DNA from: Felis catus
Lineage: Eukaryota
Direction of reading: 5' to 3'
Assembly: GCF_018350175.1 (NCBI RefSeq)
Contig: NC_058383.1
Span: forward strand, 13,704,001-13,768,000
Length of the DNA: 64,000 nucleotides
A program made the translations under genes and the position numbers. This document shows, piece by piece, positions 1 to 11,916 of the stretch. How positions within the stretch are numbered: the first letter of the stretch is position 1; the number at the start of each line of letters is the position of its first letter. The notes below the pieces were generated by a model. It did not search any database, had not been told where the DNA came from, and saw only the letters and a list, made by a program, of their open reading frames with translations.

Positions 1-169
1 ATCTCACGGTTCATGAGTTCGAGCCCCACGTCGGGCTTGGTGCTGACAGTGCAGAGCCTGCTTGGGATTCTCTTTCTCCCTCTCTCCCTATGCCTCCCCC
101 TCTCACTCAAACGTGCTCTCTCTCTCTCCCTCTTTCTCAAAATACATAAACTTAAAAAAAGAAAAAAGA
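1..169 (+). mobile_element. Can-SINE (SINEC), 5' end cut by window edge
   Basis: GAGTTCGAGCCCC B-box region, (CT)n tract and A-rich tail. Confidence 0.95.
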
Positions 170-251
170 ACAGCCCCAATCTCCATCTTCCCTAGTCACA
201 GACCCCTCAAAACCAGGATCCAGCTGTAGGAAGCATGTTGTAGTTCATTAG

Positions 252-520
252 AGCAGTATCTCCTTAATTCTTCCAAGGAGTATTAAAAGCATAACTTGAA
301 AAAATGATGTCATAAACACATACGAGTGGGCAGTAGTGGATTAAATAAAGTTAAACACGTTGCTTTCGTTGGTGGGTTGTTTTTTAACTGCAGAACTTCT
401 CAGAACCTTGAGTCTGCTAAGCATACTTTGTGAATATCCCAGAGGAGGATACGGTCTTGAGGGGTTTGACTTGAAAGCCTTTTCCCACAGAGAATCTCCT
501 TGAACCTGGGGCCCTCATGT
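252..520. mobile_element. Degraded hAT-Charlie-type MER fragment
   Basis: AAAGTTAAACA...ACTGCAGAACTTCTCAGAACC...GTGAATATCCCAGAGG resembles a recalled Charlie-family consensus; subfamily not assigned. Confidence 0.45.
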
Positions 521-544
521 CCTCAGACCCTGGTGCAGTGTCTC

Positions 545-745
545 GTCTGGACTAGAAGTTTGCAGAGTGGGATCCCAGCCCTGGCTCTCTCACTGGCAAG
601 GCCTTAGGATATCCTGTAACCCTCTCGGACCCCATTCCCTCATCGAGACAAGGCGGTAGTGACATCGGCCTGTCTTTCCGGATGGTTATGAAATACTCTA
701 TAGGAAAGCAGTTTGTACTAATAAGGGCTAGGATTGTTATTGCTA
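545..745 (+). mobile_element. MIR SINE, degraded
   Basis: Similar to the MIR core (ATCCCAGCCCTGGCTCT...AACCCTCTCGGACCCCATTCCCTCATC). Confidence 0.6.
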
Positions 746-889
746 CACAGTGACAATAATGGTTATGATAAAGCCCTCCAGGCCTTCACTGCTTGATTGC
801 CCTGAGGCTTGGAACCTCTCCCACTCTGCAGAAACTTCTCTTTCCTTATGTTCCTCCCCCCCTCCCCCCGAGCTACTTCTTATAGCCAC

Positions 890-1410
890 CCCTTCAACCA
901 AATGTTGGTACCCCTGAGGCCTCTGTTTTGGGGATCCTTTTTTCTTTTCACGCTGGACCATTTCTCTTGGAATGTCCACGTGTCAACGTCGCCTGTAGCT
1001 GGCCACCCGTGTTTCTGTCTCCAGCGTTAACTTCTCTCATCAGCCCTGGATCCGAATTGCCAGCTTCTCGCCAGGTATTTCTATGTAGTGATCTCCAACT
1101 CAACGCTGGTACATCCGTTTACCATTCCCCACACACTGTGCTCCATCACGACCGGGTACCAACCTACCTGCTGCCCATGAACTCCTGCCCATCCTTCAGA
1201 ACCCACTTGAAATGTCTCCTCCTTGCTTCTCTCCTCCTCTGCGCCCCTAGAGAGCTCTGTGCCTACATCTAACATGGCCCGTCTCACACTGGCGTTGTCA
1301 TTATTGGTGTGGGTTTTGTGAAGTCAAGGACCGTGCCTTCCTCGTGTTTAAATTCTCCTCACGAAGCAGAGTGTAGGGCACGTGGTAAGTCTGTTCAGGT
1401 GGATGTGTAT
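890..1410 (+). mobile_element. L2 LINE fragment
   Basis: Pyrimidine-rich L2-like blocks (AACTCCTGCCCATCCTTCAGAACCCACTTGAAATGTC) and an L2-like 3' end. Confidence 0.5.
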
Positions 1411-2792
1411 ACCTCATTCTAGTCATGCCTGCGCAGCAGAGGAGAGCTTCCTCTTTAATGCCACATCTGGCTTTACACCAGAGCCCTGAACCTGCCGGAA
1501 ACAGTTTTGTTTTTGTTTTGTTTTCTTTTCTTTTCTTTCCCCCCCCCGCTGGCTAGGGCTTGCAGGCACCTAGAAGCCGAAGACCTACGGAGGCTCCGGA
1601 GGAGGCCACGGGTGCCTCTGGCCGCAGCCCCCCCCCTTGGCTCTGGGCCGGCCGGTGCTCCTAGCGCGTGGCCCTCGCCTGGTGGAGGTGAGCACCCTCT
1701 CCTCCCCACCTTGGCCGAGTCGTGTTGATATTCTGGCGGCATAGCCAGGCTTGTTATTGAGCACATGCTTTGCAGATTAGCCTGTTTGTATAGCCAATCG
1801 AACATGTGCTCCATTAAAAATTAAAGCATCCTGTTTTAAGGATGGAGCAGGAGACATCAGCTGCCACTGTGTAGCAGACATGCAAAGCCCCAGAGCCCAT
1901 TACCATAGGTTACAGCAAATGTTAATCAGTGCCAGCGCAGTTAAATAATGCAGTTTGTGCAGATGGCGCTGGTACATCTCCTCACAGATGTGTCCACAAG
2001 TCCCGGAGGTTGCCGTATCACAGGAGTTGTCGGGAGCAGTCAGATCTGATGCTGACTGTCAATATCACCTTTTGTGTTTGCGCACATCCACCCGCCAGCT
2101 GAGCGGCAGCGAGCAGGACGCCTCCAGGCCCCACTTCCAGCAGCCCCTCCAGAAGCTGGAGCAGAGAGTTTTCGCATGAAGCTCCCAGGAAAGCAGGCGT
2201 ATTTCTGCTAAATAGCCGGGAACGCCCAAAGTGAAGCTCCTCGGTCTGTTCCCTGACCCTCGCCCAGCTGCACCCCGTGAGCCGCGTCCAAGCCAGGTGG
2301 AGTCGGGGGAGCGTCCCCGCCCTCGCTCCTCACGGCGCTCTGCTTGGCCGCGGCCAAGAACGCACACGTATTTGTCTTCGCCGGTTCGGCAAGTGCAAGG
2401 ACACCTCCCCGGTCGGAGTTGTTGGAGTTGCTACAGCTCCTGCCGTGCACACGCTGCCTGATTCCGAGCGGCGGCACGTTCGTTCCCAAAGCCCAAGCGC
2501 TCGGTTCCCTGGTCCAGGTGTCCCTACCCTAGGGCCCAGAACAGACACTTTATGTAAAATTAAGGAGCAAATCACCATTTGTGCTGCCAGCAGTGAGAAG
2601 CAGCTCGTAGCAGGAAGAGAACCGGACCCGCTCTCTGCTCTCCCGGTACTTCTTGACTAGCAGCTGTTGGGGGGACCGTTCGGTGAAGGGGCAGGTGCTC
2701 GGGCAGGAACAGGTACGGTTACTGAGCCCCACAAGAGTGATAACCCTCTGTTACCAGGGGGAAATGAAATTAAGCTCAAAGTAAGCAAGTGT

Positions 2793-3005
2793 GGGTGCGC
2801 CTGGGTGGGTCAGTCGGTGGAGCGTCCGACTTCGGCTCAGGTCGTGATCTCACGGTTCGTGAGTTCGAGCCCCCGTCGGGCTCTGTGCTGACAGCTCGGA
2901 GCCTGGAGCCTGCTTCGGATTCTGCGTCTCCCTCTCTCTGCCCTTCCCCCGCTCAGGCTCTGTCTCTCTCACCCTCTCAAAAATAAATAAATATTAAAAA
3001 AAAAA
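2793..3005 (+). mobile_element. Can-SINE, full length
   Basis: A/B boxes, CT tract, AATAAA and poly-A; degenerate TSD AGTAAGCAAGTGT (2780) / AGTAATCAAGTAT (3007). Confidence 0.97.
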
Positions 3006-3332
3006 TAGTAATCAAGTATGGGAAACATTTAAACCGAGAACCAGGGAAGATTTCTCTTGATAGAGTTCATGTTCTCCTTAAAGGGCCCCGCTTGGGCTTC
3101 CTGAAAGACATACCGCCATAGGACAACCCATTCCTGAATACCGTGAGGCGCTAACGTAGCAATGAGACTAGACTCACAAACTAGGCCATCTTCTTCATTC
3201 CCAGGGGTAGCGGATTGCAAGTGGGGATTGTAACTATTGCCACATACACCTGCTGGAGGTGCAGGAACCGGGGGCGGGCTTTCTTCTACTTGAATGCAGG
3301 TACACTGTTCCTGCTTCATCTTAAAAGTGCTG

Positions 3333-3551
3333 CCCTGGGTGGCTCAGTCAATTAAGCATCCAACTTCGGCTCAGGTCATGATCTCAAGTTCGTGGGTTTG
3401 AGCCCCGCATCGGGCTCTGTTCTGACAGCTCAGAGCCTGGAGCCTGCTTCGGATTCTGTGTCTCCCTCTCTCACTGCCCCTCCCCTGCTTACACTCTGTG
3501 TGTGTATGTCTCTCTCTTTCTTAAAAATAAATAAACGTTTTTTTTTTTTTT
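3333..3551 (+). mobile_element. Can-SINE, first few bases missing
   Basis: CCTGGGTGGCTCAG head, body, AATAAA and T-run tail. Confidence 0.96.
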
Positions 3552-3899
3552 AATGCTGCTCTGAAAGCCATGCATCCTTCCCTTCCACTCTGTCTTATCT
3601 ACTACCCTCCATTTGTTGAAGATTTTAACTTCCAGCTCCCTCTTTTCTTCCCACCAAGACTGCGCATTCACACGGGGCAGCCCATCTCTGCCTCAGGCCC
3701 CCCAGTTCCTGACCTTTTGCAGCTGCCTCAACCCTCCATTCCTGTCATCACCCTGCATCTGATCACTACCAGTAATGAATTGTGATTTCCAAACAATCAG
3801 AGGCAAGGAGGCCAAGGAACTGAGAGTCGGGGATGCCCGGAACCCCCCCTTGACTTCTCTCACGTTTAGAAGAGAGGTGCTTACCTCGCTCAGACACCT

Positions 3900-4440
3900 T
3901 CCCACTGCTCCACCTCCGTTCCCCTCCACTCAGTCTGGTGGCCTGTGATCTGTCCTTCCAACAAACTGAGCCAGTCTGTGCCTCAGAGGCTTGTTCTGTC
4001 TGCCTGAGTGCAGACCCTTCTACGGTCACTTGCCTTGTTCCCGGACTTCAGTAGGGTCTCCCTGTTTAAGTGGCATCTCCTCGGGGCACCTGGGTGGCGC
4101 AGTCGATTAAGCATCCAACTCTTGATTTCAGCTCGCGTCATGATCTCGCGGTTTGTGAGTTCAAGCCCAGCATCGGGCTCCGTGCTGTCATACTGTCAGC
4201 ATGGAGCCTGCTGGAGATTCTCTCTCTCTCCCTTCTCTCTCTCTCTGCCCTTCCTCCACTAGTGCACTCTCGCTCACCCTCTCTCGCGCTCTCGCTCTCT
4301 CTAAATAAATAAATAAAACTTAAAAAAAAGTAAATGGTATCTCTTTGGAGATGCCTTCCCTGACTGTGTCAAAACGGCAGTGTCCTCCACACCCCCAATG
4401 ACCCTGCAACTCCTGCCTTGCTTTTCTTCAGAGCATTTAG
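3900..4440 (+). mobile_element. L2 LINE fragment interrupted by a Can-SINE
   Basis: TGCCTCAGAGGCTTG...CTGCCTG before, and GCCTTCCCTGAC...TTCTTCAGAGCATTTA after, the SINE match the L2 3' region. Confidence 0.55.
4083..4329 (+). mobile_element. Can-SINE, full length
   Basis: GGGGCACCTGGGTGG head, CT tract and tail; degenerate TSD TAAGTGGCATCTC / TAAATGGTATCTC. Confidence 0.97.
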
Positions 4441-4515
4441 CCAGCATTTGCACACGCATGCGTGCACACAGACACACACACACCCCGCTAAACACAAGCA
4501 TTCATTCAGGGAGTG

Positions 4516-4544
4516 GCTCACCGACTGAGCCACACAGGTGCCCC
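4516..4544 (-). mobile_element. Isolated Can-SINE 5' head (~30 bp)
   Basis: Reverse complement reads GGGGCACCTGTGTGGCTCAGTCGGTGAGC; the rest of the element is absent. Confidence 0.75.
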
Positions 4545-5369
4545 AAGAAGACAGGGTTATATATAACACCTTCTATTTTTGCCAAAAATGTTTTTGTTTT
4601 TGTTTGTTTGTTTGTTTGTTTGTTTTTTCAAAACCCAACGCTTTATCAATGAGCATCTTTCAGTTCCAAGGATTTGGGAAAGCAGAATAATCCATTTTCG
4701 TGAAATTTTGCGAAATCCAGGATACACTATTCCAAGCTGTGAGGCCCCTAGTGCTAGCCTTCAGACTTGCCTCCATCCCGAGGTTACCTCCCTGGTGGGC
4801 TCTTCTCTTCTCTTTTGTTTTCCCCAAAACTTCTAATTTTTAATTTTGTCCTTTGAGGACGAAAACAAGGTTTTAGAGTGCCACACCAGGCAAATACAGC
4901 TGATGTGTTTAGTGGGTTTGGTGATATTGCATGAAAGCAGATGGGGCCCACGGTTGAAAGCGTGGCCTACAGTCGCAGCCACACCAAAGGGACCGTCCCT
5001 GGAGTGCTGTGGGCATTTCATTCTCTTAACTTTTTAGGGTATGAATCATAACATTGGTTCCCTTTACTTTAGAAAAGTCGGACCGGAAAGTTTCAAAAGT
5101 TTGTGTCTGTGAGCAAAACTGACATAAGATGGTTCTTTTTCACGACCCTAGTTTGGAAGAAAAGCTCCACACCAGGGGGAGACCATCACCGTCGTCTACT
5201 AATTTATCTTCCTTTCGCTTTTATCCTCCCTCCTAGATCTTAGCAGATGAGATCATAGCTTCCCTCTCCAGATCTTTTAGTTGGCTTCCTCCGTCTTACC
5301 AATAGGAGCTTAATTCCTCGCCTCAGCCAGTCCATCACGAGGGTCCTTGCTCTGAAGATGATACACACC

Positions 5370-5730
5370 TCTGTGCTTTTGGGTGTGAGTCACAGAAGGG
5401 CCTCACCAAAAGTAGTCATGAAAGGGGGCTGTTCCGTTCATTATCTCTCACACTGAGACGTAGCCGGGTGAGGGTTGGCCTCTCTGAGGGTATGGTATCT
5501 TCGGCATCACCCTCTGCGGATGAGATGGCGGCCAGAGCTGTAAGTATTGCATCCCTACCCCATACGCCCAAGGAAGGAAGGGAGGGAGCAGACCTCCTCC
5601 TTCACTGTATGTCTCTTTGCCGTGAGAGGGAAAATCTTTTCCAGAGGTCTTACAGCAGCCCTCCCCTTATAGCATCAATGACCTAGGCAGAACTAGGTTC
5701 CATGTCTGCTCAAAACCAGCCGCTAGCGAA
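5370..5730. mobile_element. MaLR LTR (MLT1-like), degraded
   Basis: AGATGGCGGCCAGAGCT...GAAAATCTTTTCCAGAGG...CAGCAGCCCTCCCCTTA...GCAGAACTAGGT pattern typical of old MLT1. Confidence 0.5.
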
Positions 5731-5989
5731 TACCGGTGAGCTTGTAGCGCTGTATCGTCTCCTGAGCTGTGCACCTGAGAACAAGGCTGTCTGTTCTCTC
5801 TTGTAACAGAGAAAGAGGACACGCTGCTGGGGAGACTACCAACCCGTTGCTTCTACTGGGAAAGATTCACTCCCAAGTGGAGTAGTAGATTAGCCTGGGA
5901 TCTGTTTCGATAGGCCAGAATATTATAAAACATTTAGAAGTAATCTGCGAATACTTGCTTATTTAAGGCGTCACCAATCATGTACATAC

Positions 5990-6165
5990 CTGTGTGATAG
6001 CACTTAGCACACAGCATCATGATTCTGTGTCTACGTGTCTGTCACCAGGGACCTCTGACTTCCTCTTTGCGTCCAGAGCACCCAGGACGGTGCCTAGAAC
6101 GTTCTACAGAGATAGAGGCTCACTCAGTGCTTGTTCAATGAACGAACGAACAAATGAATGAATGG
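5990..6165 (+). mobile_element. L2 3' end
   Basis: GGTGCCTAGAAC...GCTCACTCAGTGCTTGTTCAATGAACGAACGAACAAATGAATGAATG. Confidence 0.65.
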
Positions 6166-6534
6166 ACAGACAAGCGAAGGTCAAGTAAGATATTCATGAA
6201 ACCGTGTCTTGTAAAGCACAATTAAAATAATTGTGTTTTCCCGGAAACAGAATGCATGAACCAAGGAATAAGCAAATGATGACTAAGGTGTTTGTGAAGC
6301 CGTGTCCTATGAACTATTAAAGTGACTCTAACTGACTCTAACTGTATACCTGCAGAAGAAAAGATTTGAGGAATACGGTGACTTTCTGAAATGCGGTACT
6401 TAAAATCCTTTCACGCAAAAGATCAGGATCACCTTGTGGGGTCACTAAGGACAGAGAAAGGAAAAGTGAGTTGAAAGTACCAGGAGTCAGAAGGCCCTGT
6501 CTTGTGCTGAACCAAGGTCTAAAAGGCATGTAAA

Positions 6535-6625
6535 GATGGAACTGGCTGCCTAGGCAAGAGTGAGCTTCCTGTCACCAAGCACACAGCCACTGGCCACTTG
6601 GCAGGATACCGTAAGGGGGGGTTCC
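6535..6625 (+). mobile_element. L3/CR1-like 3' fragment
   Basis: GGAACTGGCTGCCTAGG...GTGAGCTTCCTGTCAC...CCACTTGGCAGGA. Confidence 0.45.
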
Positions 6626-8160
6626 ATTTATTCTTGGAGATTAAACCAGATGTCGCTTATTCTCTGATGTAACCCTGGCAGGGATGGGATCCTCTGAAAC
6701 ATTAAGCGAACTAAACTCTTACCACCAAATGTTGAAATGGAGGAAGTACAGGGGTCATTTCCAGAGCTGCAAGAGGTTTCATGATGCTCGAAAACATCTT
6801 TGAGTAAATGCATCTGGATGCACCGTGAAAAAGAAAAAGGTGTTTCGATCTCACTGGTTTCGTCCATCTTTGTGGGACCTGCTTCTCGCTTCTCAGCACG
6901 CTGTCCTGTTTGTGTGTGATTAAAGTTCACCTTGTGAACTCTCGATGTATCGGGGAGAGAAGGAAGAGAAGCACTTCGCTTCGGAGGGGTTGGGGGGGGC
7001 GGGATGGGGTCCACGTGTATTCGTCTCAACCGCCCACCTGCAAAATTGAAAGAGAAGAGAGATGGAAATTGGGAAACGGTGGGACGTCATTCACTCTTAT
7101 AATTATAGCGAGGGAGTGTACCGCAAATGTATGTTCCCTCCGTAAAACAGGTGTCCTGCCCTTAAAATGGTAATTATAGACTATTTCAGATCAATGATCT
7201 TCACTTATTTCATATCGCTGTGGTATTTTTTTTTTCCATGTTTAACCTCCCTGTGATGCGGAAGGCTTGTTCACCCTTGACAGAATCAAAATGCATATAG
7301 ATTTTCTGAAATAAGGCCCCTTTCTGGAAATATCTTGTGGTTTCGTCTCAAGATGTAATATCCTGAGGAAGGTTTAGGTTGGCTTTTTATTTTAATATGA
7401 AACAAAAAAGTAAAATCGCCGTGCGATGAGTGATTTTACTTCCATTAGCCTTTAATGTCTTTGTGGTTTCATCTGAGGTCACTAGTAGATTATTTTTCTT
7501 GCATTATTTCATCAGCCGTCAGTTCTAGTCATATAATGGAATTTATTCAGTGCTGTGATTTTTTAGAAGACGCGACTATAAGCACAGAAGGCAGTTTTTT
7601 GGAAGTTTATTTAGATGATTGTAGGGTGTCAGACTGCCTCAATCTTCTTCACGCTCAGTATCTGGAGGGTCACTTACGGATTGCACATGATCTTGGATGC
7701 TCAAGTGGTTATTCACGACTGTGTTTTTGTACCCAGCACATAAAAATATATCTGCAGCTTCTTTATTATCATCTTTTGAAAGACTGTGGCTTTCCTGTGG
7801 GGTGTGCAGTTGCATTTACTACGTAGATTACAGGATACATGGTATATCTCTTTATTTAACATCAACAGTAACCCTTTGAAAAAGGAGGTTTTATTTCAGG
7901 CTTACGCTATTAATATATTCACTCCTGGGCTTTGATTACAATAATGCAGCGAATTTATGTTTGGATATGTAGTGAGTGTCATTCAGGAAATCATTTGAAA
8001 ATCATTCATTAAATACCAACTGCACACATCTTGTCAGTCCCTAATGGTTATAAAGAAATGAGAAATTCTCTGCTCTTGAACTTGAATACGTGATTGAGAT
8101 CCGTGAAAGCATCTAGAAGACTGGCCCTTTAGTTTGTTTTAGGAATTTGAGAATACTTTT

Positions 8161-8360
8161 CATTTTGTATATATTTTTTAAATTTTTTAGAGAGGGAGCC
8201 CACACAAGTGGGGGGGAGAAGGGCAGAGGGAGAGAGAAAATCTTAAGCAGACTCCACGCTCAGCACCGGGCCTGACGCAGGGCTCAGCCCCACGACCCTG
8301 GTGTCACGAACTGAGCCAAAATCAAGAGTCGGACACTTAACTGAGCTACCCAGGCGCCCC
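8161..8360 (-). mobile_element. Can-SINE
   Basis: Ends CCCAGGCGCCCC; TSD GAGAATACTTTT (8149) / GAGAATAATTTT (8361). Confidence 0.95.
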
Positions 8361-8451
8361 GAGAATAATTTTTAAGTGTTAAAAAAAGTCAGAGCCCTAC
8401 ATAATAATGGTTGTACCCTTACCGCCTTGTAATGTAAAAAATATAAAACGC

Positions 8452-8665
8452 GTATACTGAAATACATGCAGAGAAAATGATACAACGTCTGGGGTTTGTT
8501 TTAAAAGTTATGTGGAAAGGGGGAAGTTGTGGAATGGATAGGGTATAGAGGAAACAAGGCTGGCCATGAGTTGATAGTTCTTGAAGTTGGGTGATGGTAG
8601 TTGGGGGGTTATTACATAGTTCTTTCTACTTGTATGTATGTTTGAAATTATCCATTCAAGAATAC
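8452..8665 (+). mobile_element. Old L1 (L1ME-like) 3' UTR end
   Basis: GAAACAAGGCTGGCCATGAGTTGATAGTTCTTGAAGTTGGGTGATGG...TATGTTTGAAATTATCCA. Confidence 0.75.
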
Positions 8666-10339
8666 ATAAGGAAGAAAAGGTTACCATGAATTTTGAAAGG
8701 AAAATGCCTTTTTACAGTCACGGAAGCATCCCTATATGTCTGAAAAGTCACAGTAGTTACATGAGAATGGCATATGATTTATTGAGACTAGAGGCAGAGC
8801 TTGGCCCTCATGGGTTCCAGAGCCCCTTTGCTGTACCTGTTAGCGTACATTACCTAAGCGAGTTCCAGGCAGCTCGCTACACGACCATTGAGCACACTCT
8901 AAGTGACGGCAACCTTGACTGTGGAAGCGTGCCCGTGGCTTCCTTAGCATGCTGTGGCTGTGTGGCTTAGGAAGGGTAGCGCTCTGTGGAAGAAGATAGA
9001 CCTGCCAAACGAGCCGGGTAACGTTTAACACAGAACGTGGTGGAGACAGGCTGGAGAGTCTAGAATGGGACGCAGACAACCGACAACTGAATCCATTCAG
9101 AAACTCCGAAGCCTCTGAACGATGGGAGTTGTGCTCGAATTCAGCCTCCACCAGATTTGCCCTCGGCCACTTGGCACCATTGCCACATCACCAACGACTT
9201 CCTTTTCTGACCTCGCTCATGTTGACCTATCCCTCTGTCTCCCCAAGCAGAATTTAAAACCTCTACATTGTAGTTCGATTCCGGTGAAGATTAGAGAGGA
9301 GAAGTATGTTTGCTGTCTTCTATCCCTGGCCAGTTTTCATGAGGACCTTATTTCCATGAAATTCTTGGCTTAAAAAAAGCATGCAAGTGAAATTGTTTTT
9401 AATTTATAATTACATACGTTTAAAATCTTAGAGTACATGGGAATTGAATATCTAGAGTGAATCAGCCTTCGGAAAGTGTTTGCTTATAAAAAATTATTAA
9501 ATATTGGAACATTACACCAAAACAATAACATCGAAATATTGAATTCGTGGTTCAGCGCTGTTGTTCATTTAGAAGTTTAACTATTTCCCACTGTTTAAAT
9601 ATCTCTATCTGATCTTTTGTGCTAACGTAGCGTGTCCAAAATACTGAAAAACAAATGAATGATCAAGGAATTTAAGGAATACTCCCCCAGTGAAGCCAGA
9701 AGGATATTTTTGAGGAAAAAAAAAAAAAAAGAATGCATGAAACTTATTTAACAAGAAAGATTTGAGTCAGGTAATCTACATAATATATCCACTGGCATTA
9801 AGGCTGTCATCTTGGTATTGCATTTCTGGTACGAATTTCGCAATAGCTGTCTTTCACTGTCGGTTCTAATAAAGAGTGTTGGTCAGCTTAAATTCCCTGG
9901 GAGCTCAGAGTTATGTTTTGTGAACTGCATGTGCCTGAGGCCTCTCATGCATGATTTAAACTGCTTTGTAAATGTCAATAGGTGGAAAAGCATTGGGTCC
10001 CTTGTAGATTTCTCCAAATCCTCTAAGATGCGTATGCCATGTATAAACCATGCTGCACTCTCAAGGCCATTGCCGTTTTTTATACTCGCCTAACTGGGGG
10101 TTTAAGGTATTGCCAGAAGCAAAATATCAGTGTGTGCATGTCTCGATCCAACCGGCCAATGAAACCCTTTATTAAGAAAACCTTTGCACCAGAGAAACGT
10201 CTCCAGTGGCCTGAAATGGGCACACCTCATGAATGTTGAATGTTCTTCAAACTCTATTTCTTCATTCTTGACTTTTTTCAAAACACACATTTGACTTGAT
10301 TGAATTTGCTGATTTCATAGTACAGCGTTTATTCCGTGG

Positions 10340-10530
10340 ACGGCTGTATGGGGTGGTAGAAAAACATTTTCATTGGGAGTTCCCGACCTGGGTTCCATCC
10401 TGGATCGGCCACTCTCCGGCTGTTTGTCCTTGGACGAGCCACTTAACCTTTTGGGGGTCCTGCTTTTGGATCCATTGAGGAGAAGTTCAATGATCTCCAG
10501 CTACTCCTCTCAGCTCCAACTTCTTGGATC
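10340..10530 (+). mobile_element. MIR SINE
   Basis: GACCTGGGTTCCATCCTGG...CCTTGGACGAGCCACTTAACCT core. Confidence 0.7.
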
Positions 10531-10830
10531 CCAAGAGATAGTGTCAGCCAGCCAGTGTGACGCTTTTAAAGCCACGAGAGCGCACATGATCTTTTAATTA
10601 GGCTTATTCCGCTCTCTTCTGGGCAGCACTAGGAGCCCCGAAATGGCCAGCAGAAATCCCTTAAAGAGGCTTGAATATCAGCCTAAAGGCTTATCAACTC
10701 ATTTTTATTCAAAGCTCTTCCTGGTGATGTTTCCCATTGGCCTACAGACAGTGACGTGGATCCCGCCCTGGCTGTCCGTCCCCCACAGTGGACCCCTCCA
10801 ATCGCATTTCTTGGGCAAAAGGTGTTTTCT

Positions 10831-11049
10831 TTTTAAACGAGTTGTTGGGTTTTTTTTAAGTTTATTTATTTATTTTGAGAGAGGCAGAATGCAGGTGGGG
10901 GAGGGGCAGAGAGGAGGGGGGACAGAGGATCCGAAGCAGGCTCTCTGCTGTCAGCAGAGAGCCCAACACAGGGCTCGAACTCACGAACCGTGAGATCATG
11001 ACCCGAGCCAAAGTCGGACGCTTAACCAAGTGAGCCGCCCAGGCGCCCC
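10831..11049 (-). mobile_element. Can-SINE
   Basis: Full reverse-strand body; TSD AAAAGGTGTTTTCT / AAAAGTGTTTTCT. Confidence 0.96.
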
Positions 11050-11424
11050 AAAAGTGTTTTCTAATGCCCAAAGAAGCCAAACCAAATGATGGTGAGGAAA
11101 TGACATTCCAGGGCAGAGCCCCCCACCCCGGCCCATATGAGAAGAAATGCTAGACTGGCTTTCTCAGGGGCTCCTTCTTCCTCAGTTTTGTACCCCTCGG
11201 CCTAGCACGGGGCCTGGAGACAGAGGTGCTAGGAAATGTGTGCTGCATAAACATTGCAGAATGAGTGTATTCAGAGTCAGCCATCAGAACAGAGACGGCC
11301 TTTTTGTTCCTCCTCTCTTTTTGATTCCTACATGGTTCTGAATGAGATGCTTTGATCTTCTCTTTCCGTGTGTTCCCACATGGTTTCTAGCATTGTGTCT
11401 TCTTGAGGGGACACTATGGGGGGT

Positions 11425-11655
11425 GGGGCGTAAGAATGAGTGCATATGGTAGCTTTGAAGCCAGCCTGCCCGAGTTTGAACCCTGACTTTGCTCTCACTG
11501 TCTAACCTCGGGCAGTTTACTTAACCTTTCTGGGTCTTGGGTTTTCATCTGCAAAATGGGGATAAAACTTCTGTCACCAGGTTTTGAGGATTAAACAGGC
11601 CGTCCACCCAAAGCTCTTCGAACAGTGCCCGTCACGTGACGTGCTAGCTGGTAAT
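11425..11655 (+). mobile_element. MIR SINE
   Basis: TTACTTAACCTTTCTGGGTCTTGGGTTTTCATCTGCAAAATGGGGATAA core, then GAGGATTAAA and ACAGTGCCCG. Confidence 0.85.
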
Positions 11656-11720
11656 CAACCGTGTTTTCCTTGATGCTTTTATTCTTTTTGAAAAGTATTA
11701 TTTCCGTGGAAACTTCAGTT

Positions 11721-11916
11721 CTTTTTTATTTTTGAGAGAGAACACGAGCAAGGGGGGAGAGAGAGGCCCGGGGGGCGGAGGGGTTGGGACAGAGGATCCA
11801 AAGCAGACTCCGCACGGACCCCAGAGAGCCCGACGGAGGGCTCGAACTCACGAACGGTGAGATCGCAACCTGAGCCAAAGTCGGACGTTCGACTGACTGA
11901 GCCACCCAGGCACCCC
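11721..11916 (-). mobile_element. Can-SINE
   Basis: GGGCTCGAACTCACGAAC...GAGCCACCCAGGCACCCC. Confidence 0.95.

Noticed and set aside
1950..1972. CTCF site (GCAGATGGCGCTG)
   Set aside because: Matches only the 3' half of the motif; the conserved 5' CC is missing
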